64,000 bases of DNA from an uncultured Christensenella sp. (lineage in GTDB: Bacteria > Bacillota > Clostridia > Christensenellales > UBA1242), in NCBI GenBank assembly GCA_949293905.1, contig CASFFG010000001.1, positions 131,240 to 195,239 on the forward strand, given 5' to 3'. This document shows, in pieces, positions 42,643 through 52,443 of the stretch. Position 1 is the first letter of the stretch, and the number at the start of each line of letters is the position of its first letter. The translations under genes were made by a program, and so were the position numbers. Below the pieces are notes generated by a model. That model did no database searches. It saw only the letters and a list, made by a program, of their open reading frames with translations, and was not told the origin of the DNA.

Positions 42643-44817
42643 TCACCTCAAATTATTTGGATTTATTTCAACAAAAATTGAAACATCTTTCTCTATTATA
42701 TCACTAATCGAGAAGAAATCATTAGTTATTTTATCACATGGAGTGTATCTAGTCAAGATTTGGTAACGATATTTTGTTTGAATTCGTTTAACAGGTGCAG
42801 GCATTGCCTGTAAAAACAAAATATCATTTCCATACCTTTCCTTCAATTCTTGTGCTCTATCGTATAAGATTTTTGTGACTTCTTTTGCTCGTGTGTCGCT
42901 CGTACTACTTACTAGTATTCGCAAAATTGTGCTAAACGGCGGAAATTTCGTCGTTGCGCGTAAATTTATTTCTTTTTCGTAAAAGCCATTGTAATCGTAG
43001 TTTTTTGCAAATCTATACACATAATGTTTAGGGGCGTATGTTTGGAGAACGACCGAACCATCTCCATTTTTTCTACCTGCCCTACCTGAGACCTGTGTTA
43101 CAAGTTGGAAGGTGCGTTCGTTCGACTTATAGTCGCTGTTGTACAAACTTACATCTGCGTCGAGAATACCAACAAATGCGACATTTGGATAATCGTGCCC
43201 CTTTGCTATCATCTGCGTGCCAACTAGTATGCTCGGCGTTGTTTCTGCAAACTGTTCTAGTATGTGTTTATGTCCGTTTTTTACGCGTGTCGTGTCGTTA
43301 TCCATACGAAATATTGGAACATTAAACATTTTTCTTAAATCTTCACAAACGCGCTCTGTTCCTAGCGCGCCATATTTTATATTTGTGCTATGACAATTTG
43401 GGCAGTTTGTGAGTGCTCGATATCGTTTGCCACAGAAATGACATTTTAATTCGTTATCTTCCTTATGATAAACTAAACTAACTTCACAATCGTCACATTT
43501 CGCACGATAACCACATTCACGACATAAAACAAACGACGCAAATCCCCTACGATTAATGAATAGAATTGCTTGTTTCTTATTTGCTATGCACTCATCAAGT
43601 TTTGCTATCAATCTTTTACTATAAGGGGAAGTGTTCCCTTCCATTAATTCGCCCAGCATGTCTACTATCTCAATTTTTGGCATGGCGATATTATTTATTC
43701 GCTCAGGAAGTTCTACGAGAGTGTATATTCCGTCCTTTGCTTTTTTAAAACTATCAATACTTGGAGTTGCACTACCAAGAATTAGTGGACAATGATTAAA
43801 TCTTGCTCTAAATTCAGCGACGTCGTGTGTGAAGTATCTAGGGTTAGTTTCGCTGACATACGAACTATCGTGCTCTTCGTCTATCACTATAACGCCAAGG
43901 TTTTCTACTGGAGCAAAGATAGCCGAACGCGCGCCAAGTACAACACGGGCTTGACCAGTGAATATCCTATCCCACTCATCATATCGCTCGCCTTCACTCA
44001 GTCCACTATGAAGGACTGCGACAAGGTTTGGAAATCGCGAGTTAAAACGCGACATCATCTGCGGAGTTAGTGAAATTTCGGGAACTAGCATAATTGCGGT
44101 TTTGCCTTGATTAAGTGCGTTTTCAATTATTGTCATATAGACTTCTGTCTTCCCGCTCCCAGTGACGCCTTTAAGTAGGAAGGTTTTATCTTGATTTTCA
44201 ATAGTGCCAACCGCGTTTTGTTGCATTTTTGTTAAGACATTTCTCTCAATCTTTGCATTGATTTTTTCAGGAGAACGCATACGGCGAGTGTAAGTTCGCT
44301 CTATGATGCCCTTTTCAATAAGTGAATTAACACTTGAGCGCGAAAACATTTCACAAAGTCTAGTGTAATCTGCTTCTCCCTGCTCGCTAAGAAAAGCCAC
44401 GACTGAAAGTTGTGATTTCGCACGCTTACCGATTAAATTAATTGCTGTATCTATATCTAAAATCAAGCGAACGAAAGAAGAATATTGCTCACTTGCTCTA
44501 TCTAGTCGCACGCACGCTGGAAGGACTAATTTTATCGCGTCACTCAGTCGCAAAAAAAAGCGCCCACACAAAAATCTGCATACCTCTAAAATCTCGGGCT
44601 TCAATTTTGGGACACTTTCTAGATTTTTAATAATGGGTTTTAGTTTACTATTATCAACTTCGCTAGTTTCGGTCAACGCTACCACATAGCCAAGCACAAC
44701 GCGACCCGCAAACGGTACTTTTACACGCATACCAACTTTCGTGTCAGGGAGCGCTATATAGTCAAAAACTCTATCTACTGCGTCATTTGAAATATCAACA
44801 ATAACCTTAGCGTACAT
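42643..44817 (-). CDS. priA: Primosomal protein N'
   Basis: GVTGSGKTEVY, DEEH, two Zn knuckles, QVSGRAGR. Confidence 0.97.
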   Translation of the reverse strand: MYAKVIVDISNDAVDRVFDYIALPDTKVGMRVKVPFAGRVVLGYVVALTETSEVDNSKLKPIIKNLESVPKLKPEILEVCRFLCGRFFLRLSDAIKLVLPACVRLDRASEQYSSFVRLILDIDTAINLIGKRAKSQLSVVAFLSEQGEADYTRLCEMFSRSSVNSLIEKGIIERTYTRRMRSPEKINAKIERNVLTKMQQNAVGTIENQDKTFLLKGVTGSGKTEVYMTIIENALNQGKTAIMLVPEISLTPQMMSRFNSRFPNLVAVLHSGLSEGERYDEWDRIFTGQARVVLGARSAIFAPVENLGVIVIDEEHDSSYVSETNPRYFTHDVAEFRARFNHCPLILGSATPSIDSFKKAKDGIYTLVELPERINNIAMPKIEIVDMLGELMEGNTSPYSKRLIAKLDECIANKKQAILFINRRGFASFVLCRECGYRAKCDDCEVSLVYHKEDNELKCHFCGKRYRALTNCPNCHSTNIKYGALGTERVCEDLRKMFNVPIFRMDNDTTRVKNGHKHILEQFAETTPSILVGTQMIAKGHDYPNVAFVGILDADVSLYNSDYKSNERTFQLVTQVSGRAGRKNGDGSVVLQTYAPKHYVYRFAKNYDYNGFYEKEINLRATTKFPPFSTILRILVSSTSDTRAKEVTKILYDRAQELKERYGNDILFLQAMPAPVKRIQTKYRYQILTRYTPCDKITNDFFSISDIIEKDVSIFVEINPNNLR

Positions 44818-45014
44818 TATTTAGATTGCACACCCACTATCTCGCCTCGAACGAGTTCGCCCGCTGCATAATCGATAGCAAGGTTTGCGTTACCATTAAT
44901 TAGAGTTGGGATTTTATTCTCCAAATCTTTTGCACGCGCACCAACAATAACTGCGACTGCGTAACGGCAACCTGCTACACTAACTAATAAATCAATAGGT
45001 GGTTCAAATAACAT
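44817..45014 (-). CDS. rpoZ: RNA polymerase omega subunit
   Basis: PPIDLL..RY....GARAK; AAGGAG RBS; upstream of priA. Confidence 0.8.
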   Translation of the reverse strand: MLFEPPIDLLVSVAGCRYAVAVIVGARAKDLENKIPTLINGNANLAIDYAAGELVRGEIVGVQSK

Positions 45015-45036
45015 AATTACTCCTTTAATAAACAAA

Positions 45037-45570
45037 CTAATTTTTCTTACTATTATCGATGATTGCTTTCACTTCACGATTGACTTCGTATGGTGATTTA
45101 ATATACTGAAATCTAAATTTTGCCATTGCGTCGTTCGTGAGCGGACTAGACATACTACCGAATGAAATAGTCCCAGTGTTCTTATTCACAATCTTATCGA
45201 CAACATTTACATTTACGACCATTGCGCCGAGCATATCGTAATTTAGACTCTTATAGTCTACGCCAATATATCCCGTTCTAATCAAAACGCGCTTGTTCGT
45301 CACGGCATAAACGGTCTTTCTGCACCACAACTCAATCATGACGATACAAAATACGATATATACAATCTCAATAATTAGAGGAATAACCCATACTATAGTC
45401 GTCGCTTCTGGGTCTAAAATTCCCGCGACAAGCCATACAGCAAGGAAAATAGTAACAAATAGAATACTAAAAATTGTAGAAATGTATGCTCTGCTTTTTA
45501 GCGGACGATAAGTCTTTAAAACTTCTTCATCTGCGTCCAAAATTTGAGAGAATAACTCTTTATCTTCCAT
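45037..45570 (-). CDS. Two-TM bacterial PH-domain (bPH_2-like) membrane protein
   Basis: Two hydrophobic helices followed by YAVTNKRVLIRTG..G. Confidence 0.75.
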   Translation of the reverse strand: MEDKELFSQILDADEEVLKTYRPLKSRAYISTIFSILFVTIFLAVWLVAGILDPEATTIVWVIPLIIEIVYIVFCIVMIELWCRKTVYAVTNKRVLIRTGYIGVDYKSLNYDMLGAMVVNVNVVDKIVNKNTGTISFGSMSSPLTNDAMAKFRFQYIKSPYEVNREVKAIIDNSKKN

Positions 45571-45779
45571 TTTTTCTCCTTAATTTTATTGTAATAAATC
45601 TATTGTTTCACCTAAAAATTTTTACTATTATCAAACTACAATAGTATCAAGTGTTTTATTATAGTAATTAGGTAAATTTAATTTTGCATATTTTATTAAT
45701 TTTAATCAACATTACACTAACTATCCATAATAGCCCCTTAAAACATAAAATGCATTTTTATGAAATATTAGTATCTAAT

Positions 45780-45845
45780 TTAGAAAACTTCCATATTTTT
45801 CTCCTTAACTATTATAATTATATTCCCATGGGTTTGATTTGTCAA
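45780..45845 (-). pseudogene. Empty expression cassette: promoter, RBS and a 4-codon ORF (MEVF*)
   Basis: TTGACA-N17-TATAAT...AAGGAGAAAAATATG GAA GTT TTC TAA. Confidence 0.5.
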
Positions 45846-45856
45846 GTGAAATTGGT

Positions 45857-46513
45857 CTATCTAGACTTTAATTTTTCAATAGACGAATGTGCGCCGTTTT
45901 GTTCGGCCTCGCGCTTAGTTGAACCCTGACCGTATGCAATGAATTCGTCGTCTATAAATACATTTGCGCGGAAGTTCTCTTGCCCGCCCTTTGTTAGATA
46001 TTTTTCTGTCTTATATGTCAACTTGTTTCCGCTAGACTGAACTAGTTCTTGAAGTTCACTCTTATAATCGGTCGGTTTAAAGCCCGCTTTTAATTTAGCC
46101 TTTACGTCCAACGCATCAAGAACGGCGGTAGAGATTGAGTGCAGTCCAAATGACAAATACATTACCCCTATCATGCTCTCTATAGTGTCCGCTAAAATTG
46201 AGTTTGAAATTTCGTGAGATTTAAAACTTTTACCGAGTTTAATGCGATTTTCGATATTTAGTGATTTTGCTAATTCGCTTAAATTTTCGGTACATACAAG
46301 ACTCGCACGCATTTTGCTCATCTTTCCTTCGGGTGCTTTCGCGTGTTTATATAAATAGTCACTAACAATAGTTGATAACACGCTATCACCTAAAAACTCT
46401 ATACGCTCATTGCTTGGAATACCCTTATCATGTGCGTACGAAGAATGAGTGAACGCTAATTCTTTCAAACTCTCATCACATTTTTCAAATAGTGAAATAA
46501 AATTATTTTTCAT
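45857..46513 (-). CDS. rnc: Ribonuclease III
   Basis: AFTHSS, NERIEFLGDSVL, dsRBD DYKSELQE. Confidence 0.95.
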   Translation of the reverse strand: MKNNFISLFEKCDESLKELAFTHSSYAHDKGIPSNERIEFLGDSVLSTIVSDYLYKHAKAPEGKMSKMRASLVCTENLSELAKSLNIENRIKLGKSFKSHEISNSILADTIESMIGVMYLSFGLHSISTAVLDALDVKAKLKAGFKPTDYKSELQELVQSSGNKLTYKTEKYLTKGGQENFRANVFIDDEFIAYGQGSTKREAEQNGAHSSIEKLKSR

Positions 46514-47513
46514 CTTTTCCTTTACTTTCAACTTCTTCCTTAACGCGCTCGATTAATTGTTTTTTAGCAAGTTTGTATGCTTGGTTAATAGAAGTTGCGA
46601 TATTGTCTGCCTTACTATTTCCATGGCATTTAATTACGATTTTATTAACTCCTAGAAGCGGTGCGCCACCGACTTTTTTATGGTCGTACTTATTCTTAAG
46701 TCCGTACAAACCTTTCTTTAACATAAGTGCGCCTATTTTTGCTTTAAGGGACGCATGAGTAATGTCCTTTATCTCGCCAAACAAAATTTCCGCCGTACCC
46801 TCAATCGTCTTTAAGCAAATATTGCCTGAAAAGCCGTCACAAACCACTACATCTACATTCCCTCGCATAACATCGCGTGCTTCGATATTACCTATAAAAT
46901 TAAGTTTTGATTGCTTTAAGAGTTCGTGTGCGTGCTTAATCATTTCGCTACCCTTCTCTTCTTCCGTACCGATATTAAGAAGCACAATTCGTGGTTTTTT
47001 AACGCCAACGGCTTTCATATATTCATTGCCCATGATAGCGAAATCTAATAAATTTTCCGCCTTGCAATCGGCGTTAGCACCACAATCGAGTAACATGACT
47101 CCCCTATCGTTCACGGTCGGTAAAATTGGGGCGAGTGCTGGGCGACTGACATTCGCTATTCTACCTAATTTTAAGACCGCGCCAGTTAAAGTTGCGCCTG
47201 TACTGCCAGCGCTAACAAGTGCTACAGCGTCGTCATTTTGCTTCAAATAATCGTACGCCACGACTATACTAGATGTCTTTTTCGTCCTAATCGCAACGGT
47301 TGGTATTTCGTCCATACCGATTACATCTGGCGCGTGAACAATTTCGAGTCTATCGCTGACGAAGACAAGTTGTTGGAGAAGTTCGGTAATCTTATCCTTA
47401 TCTCCAACTAAAACTAAGTTAAGGTCGGTGTTTTGTTGCAAGGCTTTGACTGCACCTGCTACTATCTCACTCGGCGCATAATCTCCACCGAAAGCATCTA
47501 CTACTATTTTCAT
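46503..47513 (-). CDS. plsX: Phosphate acyltransferase PlsX
   Basis: DAFGGDYAP, SAGSTGA, LDCGAN, GGAPLLG, KCHG. Confidence 0.96.
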   Translation of the reverse strand: MKIVVDAFGGDYAPSEIVAGAVKALQQNTDLNLVLVGDKDKITELLQQLVFVSDRLEIVHAPDVIGMDEIPTVAIRTKKTSSIVVAYDYLKQNDDAVALVSAGSTGATLTGAVLKLGRIANVSRPALAPILPTVNDRGVMLLDCGANADCKAENLLDFAIMGNEYMKAVGVKKPRIVLLNIGTEEEKGSEMIKHAHELLKQSKLNFIGNIEARDVMRGNVDVVVCDGFSGNICLKTIEGTAEILFGEIKDITHASLKAKIGALMLKKGLYGLKNKYDHKKVGGAPLLGVNKIVIKCHGNSKADNIATSINQAYKLAKKQLIERVKEEVESKGKDEK

Positions 47514-47840
47514 ATTTACTCCTAATATTAATTTTATTTATACCAATATATTATACCTAACAATGAAAAAAAAGTAAACAAAATTTTATTCACTATATAT
47601 TTTTATCTTGAATTTACATTTTAAGCATATAAATTAACATTTTATAAAACCCAGCTAATAATCAAACATTAAATAATTATAGGAATAGATTAAGTATTAT
47701 AAAGTGCAATTATTGTGCGTTAATTTAAAATATGAGCATGTATAAAAATATAAAAAATGCAGCTTTTTATTGAAGTAAAACCTATATTTCACTTAATATT
47801 AGCTACATTTTATATGAATTTTTGTGATTAAAAGTTATTT

Positions 47841-50132
47841 TTATTCAGTTGCTGTGGCAGTGTATTCAGCTAACCCTAAAACAGCGCCTATTGTTGCAGA
47901 GCCTGCTCTATAAAGCATATTGATATAATCTCCACTTGTTGAAAGATTATAGGTGTCGTATGATGGAGCTAATGCTGATAAACTCTCAGGCAAGACAATC
48001 GTACCGTCTAGTGCGAAAAGCGGTGTTGCTCCAACAACAGGTAACTCTGCCGACTGCATCGATAATGTATGCCCATCATCTGTTAAAAATGCAACTGGTG
48101 TAAATTCGGTAAGATATTTGGTTAATTCTGGATTAGATGTGTCAAACTCAGCGTGATTTCCATATTGATATTTTCCATAAATTGTTGGTGATGTTGAAGC
48201 CAAATAATCATTATCCATAATTACTGAAACAAGGTTAAATTTAGTGTTGTTTTCATGCAAGATTGTTGCGTTATATAAATTTAATAAGTCAGTTAAATCT
48301 CCTTTAAGAGCGTTTGCAATCAAGTCTGCTTTATTTAGAACGAACCAACCTTCATTTCCTTCCACCATGCTTACAAGTTTTGAATCTTCGTCAATTTTGA
48401 TACCAGTATCATGATGCTCGTCATTATCTCTTTCTATGCTAATTAAGAACATAACGGGACCACCAAATCTTTCAAAATGACTATTAGTTACAGTGTTATC
48501 CAATGATGCATAAATAAACAAACCGCTATTGAAACAATCAAATACTTTTGTGTTTGATATATCCATCGTTTTATTGCCCCACTCACCTTCCATGAACAAA
48601 GCAATTAAGAATTCTTTTGCTATGACATTATCAACTTCGGTTATACTATGAATAGATTTTACGAAAATCAACGAACCCGCTGCTCCCACAGCGTCCATTT
48701 CATCTTCACCTTCTCCTACATTTGATGAATAAGCGGTGGACATGTTTCCCCTTGCGTCAACATTGCACACTGTTGCCGTAGGAGCGCCTTCATATCCCAC
48801 AAAAGCAAACACTGCTGAATGTCCTGCTTCGGTGAAATCATTCTCGCTATTGTAAATTTGAAGATAACTGTCAGCAGAGTTACTGCCAAGTATTGCATTT
48901 GACATACCTGCTTTTATGTTACTAAAATCAAGTGCAAATAAGTTCCCGTTAATTGTGAAAGTATCAAACATAAAATGATTATATAGGAATGCAAAATCTC
49001 TTAATGTACCGATAGCCTTTTCATTTGAGGTTTCTAAACTGCTTATAAAATACTCTGCTGGAATATCTTGCGCTGTGACAGCGATATTATTATGCAAATA
49101 TACTCCGTTTATCTCGTTAAGATTTGTTTCTCCTTTCTCAGTTAAGAAATCTTCCCATAGCTCATAATATTTAAGATTTTGATAAGTTTTAGTTTCAGTA
49201 TTATAAAATATATTTCTTACAGATGTTTTATATGCAACTTTATCAAGATTTTCAAGATTGCTATCATCTAAAAGGTTAATCCTTCCAAGATCGAGAGCGT
49301 CATAAACATTGTAACCATCAGCGACAGTGATTGTGAATGTACTTTCATTCATTTGAAGATCTTCTAAGTCCCAATCAGTTGGACGCATCGTAATAGTGTA
49401 AGTATGACCAACTGCTTCATCTGTAAATTTAAAGCCGTATGTATCGTTGTTGAAAGTGTAAATATTACTACCGACTATGTCATTACCTTCTTTAACTTCA
49501 ACTTCTACATTTATATTCGCTACAACCTCTTCAATTGTACCTAACTTATATAAAGTATAATCTGGTTTATATATAAATTCGTTATCATCGCCAACTGTGT
49601 AGTCCGTTGCTAACATAAATGCGTTTTTATCATAGCCTTCTGCATCAATCACACTACCCGATGCAAGCGCTAAATCACGATTTTCTTTATAATCATCAAC
49701 AAATTGCGGATCTGCAAAATAAGCTAATTCGTAAACTAAACTCATGTCGTCATTTATTTCAATAGTCATGAGTGGTCTTTGCTCTTCTTCACCAATTATT
49801 AAGCATGAAATAGGATAACTACCTTCTTGCATTGGGTCAGCAGATGATAGTCCGCTGGTGTATAAGATAAATTGAGTGTTTTCATTCCTAGCATCGACAT
49901 TTTCCAAGTCGATTTCACCATTCGTCAATGTTTCAGTTGAACCGTCCGAATATGTAATTGATAGATTTGCGTCCAAAAAATTAATTGTTTCAGTTAAATA
50001 ATAAGCATCGCGCAAGCCTTGTACTTCAATCGTACTTATTTCCTTCTTTGTCGAGCCATCTTCGCAACCAACAAATAGTGCACTTGCAACTAGCACCATA
50101 ATACTAATAATTGCAACACCAAATTTTTTCAT
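47841..50132 (-). CDS. Large acidic lipoprotein with an N-terminal Ig-like domain and a possible beta-helix region
   Basis: Lipobox LFVG-C; Big-like ITYSDGSTET; beta-rich C-terminal half; own promoter TTGACT-N17-TACTAT. Confidence 0.75.
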   Translation of the reverse strand: MKKFGVAIISIMVLVASALFVGCEDGSTKKEISTIEVQGLRDAYYLTETINFLDANLSITYSDGSTETLTNGEIDLENVDARNENTQFILYTSGLSSADPMQEGSYPISCLIIGEEEQRPLMTIEINDDMSLVYELAYFADPQFVDDYKENRDLALASGSVIDAEGYDKNAFMLATDYTVGDDNEFIYKPDYTLYKLGTIEEVVANINVEVEVKEGNDIVGSNIYTFNNDTYGFKFTDEAVGHTYTITMRPTDWDLEDLQMNESTFTITVADGYNVYDALDLGRINLLDDSNLENLDKVAYKTSVRNIFYNTETKTYQNLKYYELWEDFLTEKGETNLNEINGVYLHNNIAVTAQDIPAEYFISSLETSNEKAIGTLRDFAFLYNHFMFDTFTINGNLFALDFSNIKAGMSNAILGSNSADSYLQIYNSENDFTEAGHSAVFAFVGYEGAPTATVCNVDARGNMSTAYSSNVGEGEDEMDAVGAAGSLIFVKSIHSITEVDNVIAKEFLIALFMEGEWGNKTMDISNTKVFDCFNSGLFIYASLDNTVTNSHFERFGGPVMFLISIERDNDEHHDTGIKIDEDSKLVSMVEGNEGWFVLNKADLIANALKGDLTDLLNLYNATILHENNTKFNLVSVIMDNDYLASTSPTIYGKYQYGNHAEFDTSNPELTKYLTEFTPVAFLTDDGHTLSMQSAELPVVGATPLFALDGTIVLPESLSALAPSYDTYNLSTSGDYINMLYRAGSATIGAVLGLAEYTATATE

Positions 50133-50289
50133 CTCAACTCCTTATCCTATTTTTTTTAATTTATAAGATTTTATTCATGAGCAACAGTATATACCTTACT
50201 TCCATAGTAAACAAATTATTCTCTTAAGTCAAGCAAAATCAAGTAATTTACAAAAATTTAATTTTTTACAAAATATTAATATAACCATC

Positions 50290-50718
50290 TTAGTAGCAGC
50301 GGACTATGACACTATCCGATAAATTTGAGCCATCTGTTGTTCTAATTGTTACTCGTACTGTCCTTCTTGCATAAAACACTAGTTCGCCATTCGCATGAAT
50401 TTCAGCAAATACAGTAACATTTCCATCACTATCTGTATATGTTGCATTTGAAAGCGAAAATGAAATATTGTCCGGGTTGGTTGCGTTATCTGGGCCTGTA
50501 ATCCACTCGATAAAAATAGTGTTTTTGTCCGCATCATTATCATCAAACTCTAAAAAAGCATATTTTTCGTCGTCACTCACTCTATCGTAACTAGTGATTT
50601 CTATATTGTTCATATATATTGTGAATTGGTCCATATTTACTCTTAGACCAAAAAATGTAACCACCACTATTGAAATGATGTAAATAACCGCGATTAAGAA
50701 AACAACTGACTTTTTCAT
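50290..50718 (-). CDS. Membrane-anchored Ig-like (Big_2-like) protein
   Basis: N-terminal TM helix; PDNATN..ISFS, VTIRTTDGSN motifs. Confidence 0.7.
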   Translation of the reverse strand: MKKSVVFLIAVIYIISIVVVTFFGLRVNMDQFTIYMNNIEITSYDRVSDDEKYAFLEFDDNDADKNTIFIEWITGPDNATNPDNISFSLSNATYTDSDGNVTVFAEIHANGELVFYARRTVRVTIRTTDGSNLSDSVIVRCY

Positions 50719-50720
50719 AT

Positions 50721-52367
50721 TTACATCTCCTTAAATAGTGTCTTAGATTTTATATAGAACAGATAAAGTCTAAGCACAAGTAATACTAATGCAATTAAGA
50801 ATACTTTTAACCAAACATATCCTAATCCGTCCATTAGCAAGAAAAGAATTACGCCGAATGTTAGAGCGCTCATAAGGAAAGCAAGTATTGTTGATTTCAA
50901 TTCATTCGGATTCATTCCAGCAATACCTTCTGTTTTAAATATATTGCTGTTCGGCTTCAAAAAATCAATTTCTGCACTCCACACCATATGACTGCATATC
51001 ACAAACAACATTGCAAAGAACAACAATAGGCAATTCCCTACCCCAAGGTTAGTATTCACAAAGAATATACATGAAGAAGCGGTTAATGTAATTAAAGATA
51101 CAACAAAGTTATAAAATAATCTTGGCAGTAATATGACGATAGGGCTATTCGGTTTAGTTTTGTTTAAATATAATGCTTCCCCATCTCTACTATAAATCGA
51201 ACTTAAATTGATATTGTGTGACATTACAAATAATAAAATAATAAGCACATTAAAACATATCGTAAAATAGTCACCAATAAGACGAGTATTTATTGCTGCA
51301 TATATGCTGTTTAACAAAAGCACTGCAATGGGTGTCATAATCATTATAGCTACACTTGAAGATAATAAATTCGCATCTCTATAACACTTTCGTGCTTCAT
51401 AAATACATGTTGAAAAGGCTGAGTCGCGTTTTATGTTAAACCTTTTTAATTTAGGTTCGCTTTTGTAAAATTCAAACTGCTTTGTTATCATTTTCAAATA
51501 CAATGGGCGTGATGTGAGATAATTTAGTAAAATCAGCACCAATATTATTGCTAAAACACATAATAATACAATCCATGAATAGTTAGTAAATAGTGTGGTT
51601 TGAAAATTTTGATAGTTTCCGCATAGGAATATAATGAGCGCATAAAATGGATAAAATATGGTGGTAAATGATGATAAAAAGTTTCTTATACTCCTAGCAA
51701 TATATGCCCAACTTTTTATTAAATCTATATCTTCTGGTATTAATCTAATCAAATATACGACACCAACTACAAGACCAATTAAAACTATTAATGCTAAAAT
51801 AATTTTTACTATTGGAAAGCTTTTTAAAAATACCACAATATAATATGTAGGAATTGACAAAATTCCACCTATCAAAACCGGTATCGACGCAAGCAATACA
51901 GACATGACTAAAAACCAAATGTAATATATAAACGAAAACGACGAAAGAATACCATAAGCAAAGAAAATTGGAATTGTAAAAGTAAAGCATTTTTTTATTT
52001 CGCTTATATAGTACACTAGCATTTTTGATAAAAACAAATTATTCGGATTGACTGGATAAGTAACCAACATTTTATTATCATTTGAATAGTATAATGTTTT
52101 ACTTAAACCAAGCGTACATGTACAAGTATTTAAAACAAATATAATAAAATAGACAAACGCCATAAAAGATAATGGTATATGGTTAAGTGCCGAAAAGAGA
52201 TTTAAGAAATTGCAAAACCAAAGTATAAGATATGCAAGTGCCGTAATAGAGGCAAAAATTAAAATTGAGAAAATAACCTTAAACAAAGTTTGCTTCTTTG
52301 ATTTAAGGAACGATAAATCCAATTTTTCTTTAAGTTGCATTTCAAATAGCGTTTTAAATTTGTTCAT
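50721..52367 (-). CDS. Multi-TM ABC exporter permease
   Basis: About 12-14 hydrophobic segments in two halves (LVTYPV..LFLSK; LNKTKP..ILLPR); directly follows the ATPase. Confidence 0.8.
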   Translation of the reverse strand: MNKFKTLFEMQLKEKLDLSFLKSKKQTLFKVIFSILIFASITALAYLILWFCNFLNLFSALNHIPLSFMAFVYFIIFVLNTCTCTLGLSKTLYYSNDNKMLVTYPVNPNNLFLSKMLVYYISEIKKCFTFTIPIFFAYGILSSFSFIYYIWFLVMSVLLASIPVLIGGILSIPTYYIVVFLKSFPIVKIILALIVLIGLVVGVVYLIRLIPEDIDLIKSWAYIARSIRNFLSSFTTIFYPFYALIIFLCGNYQNFQTTLFTNYSWIVLLCVLAIILVLILLNYLTSRPLYLKMITKQFEFYKSEPKLKRFNIKRDSAFSTCIYEARKCYRDANLLSSSVAIMIMTPIAVLLLNSIYAAINTRLIGDYFTICFNVLIILLFVMSHNINLSSIYSRDGEALYLNKTKPNSPIVILLPRLFYNFVVSLITLTASSCIFFVNTNLGVGNCLLLFFAMLFVICSHMVWSAEIDFLKPNSNIFKTEGIAGMNPNELKSTILAFLMSALTFGVILFLLMDGLGYVWLKVFLIALVLLVLRLYLFYIKSKTLFKEM

Positions 52368-52443
52368 CTACTTTACCTTTTGTATATTTTGCATTTTTAT
52401 CTTTTTCTATTTTTGGTAATTTTTTATAAATTTTTGCATCATT

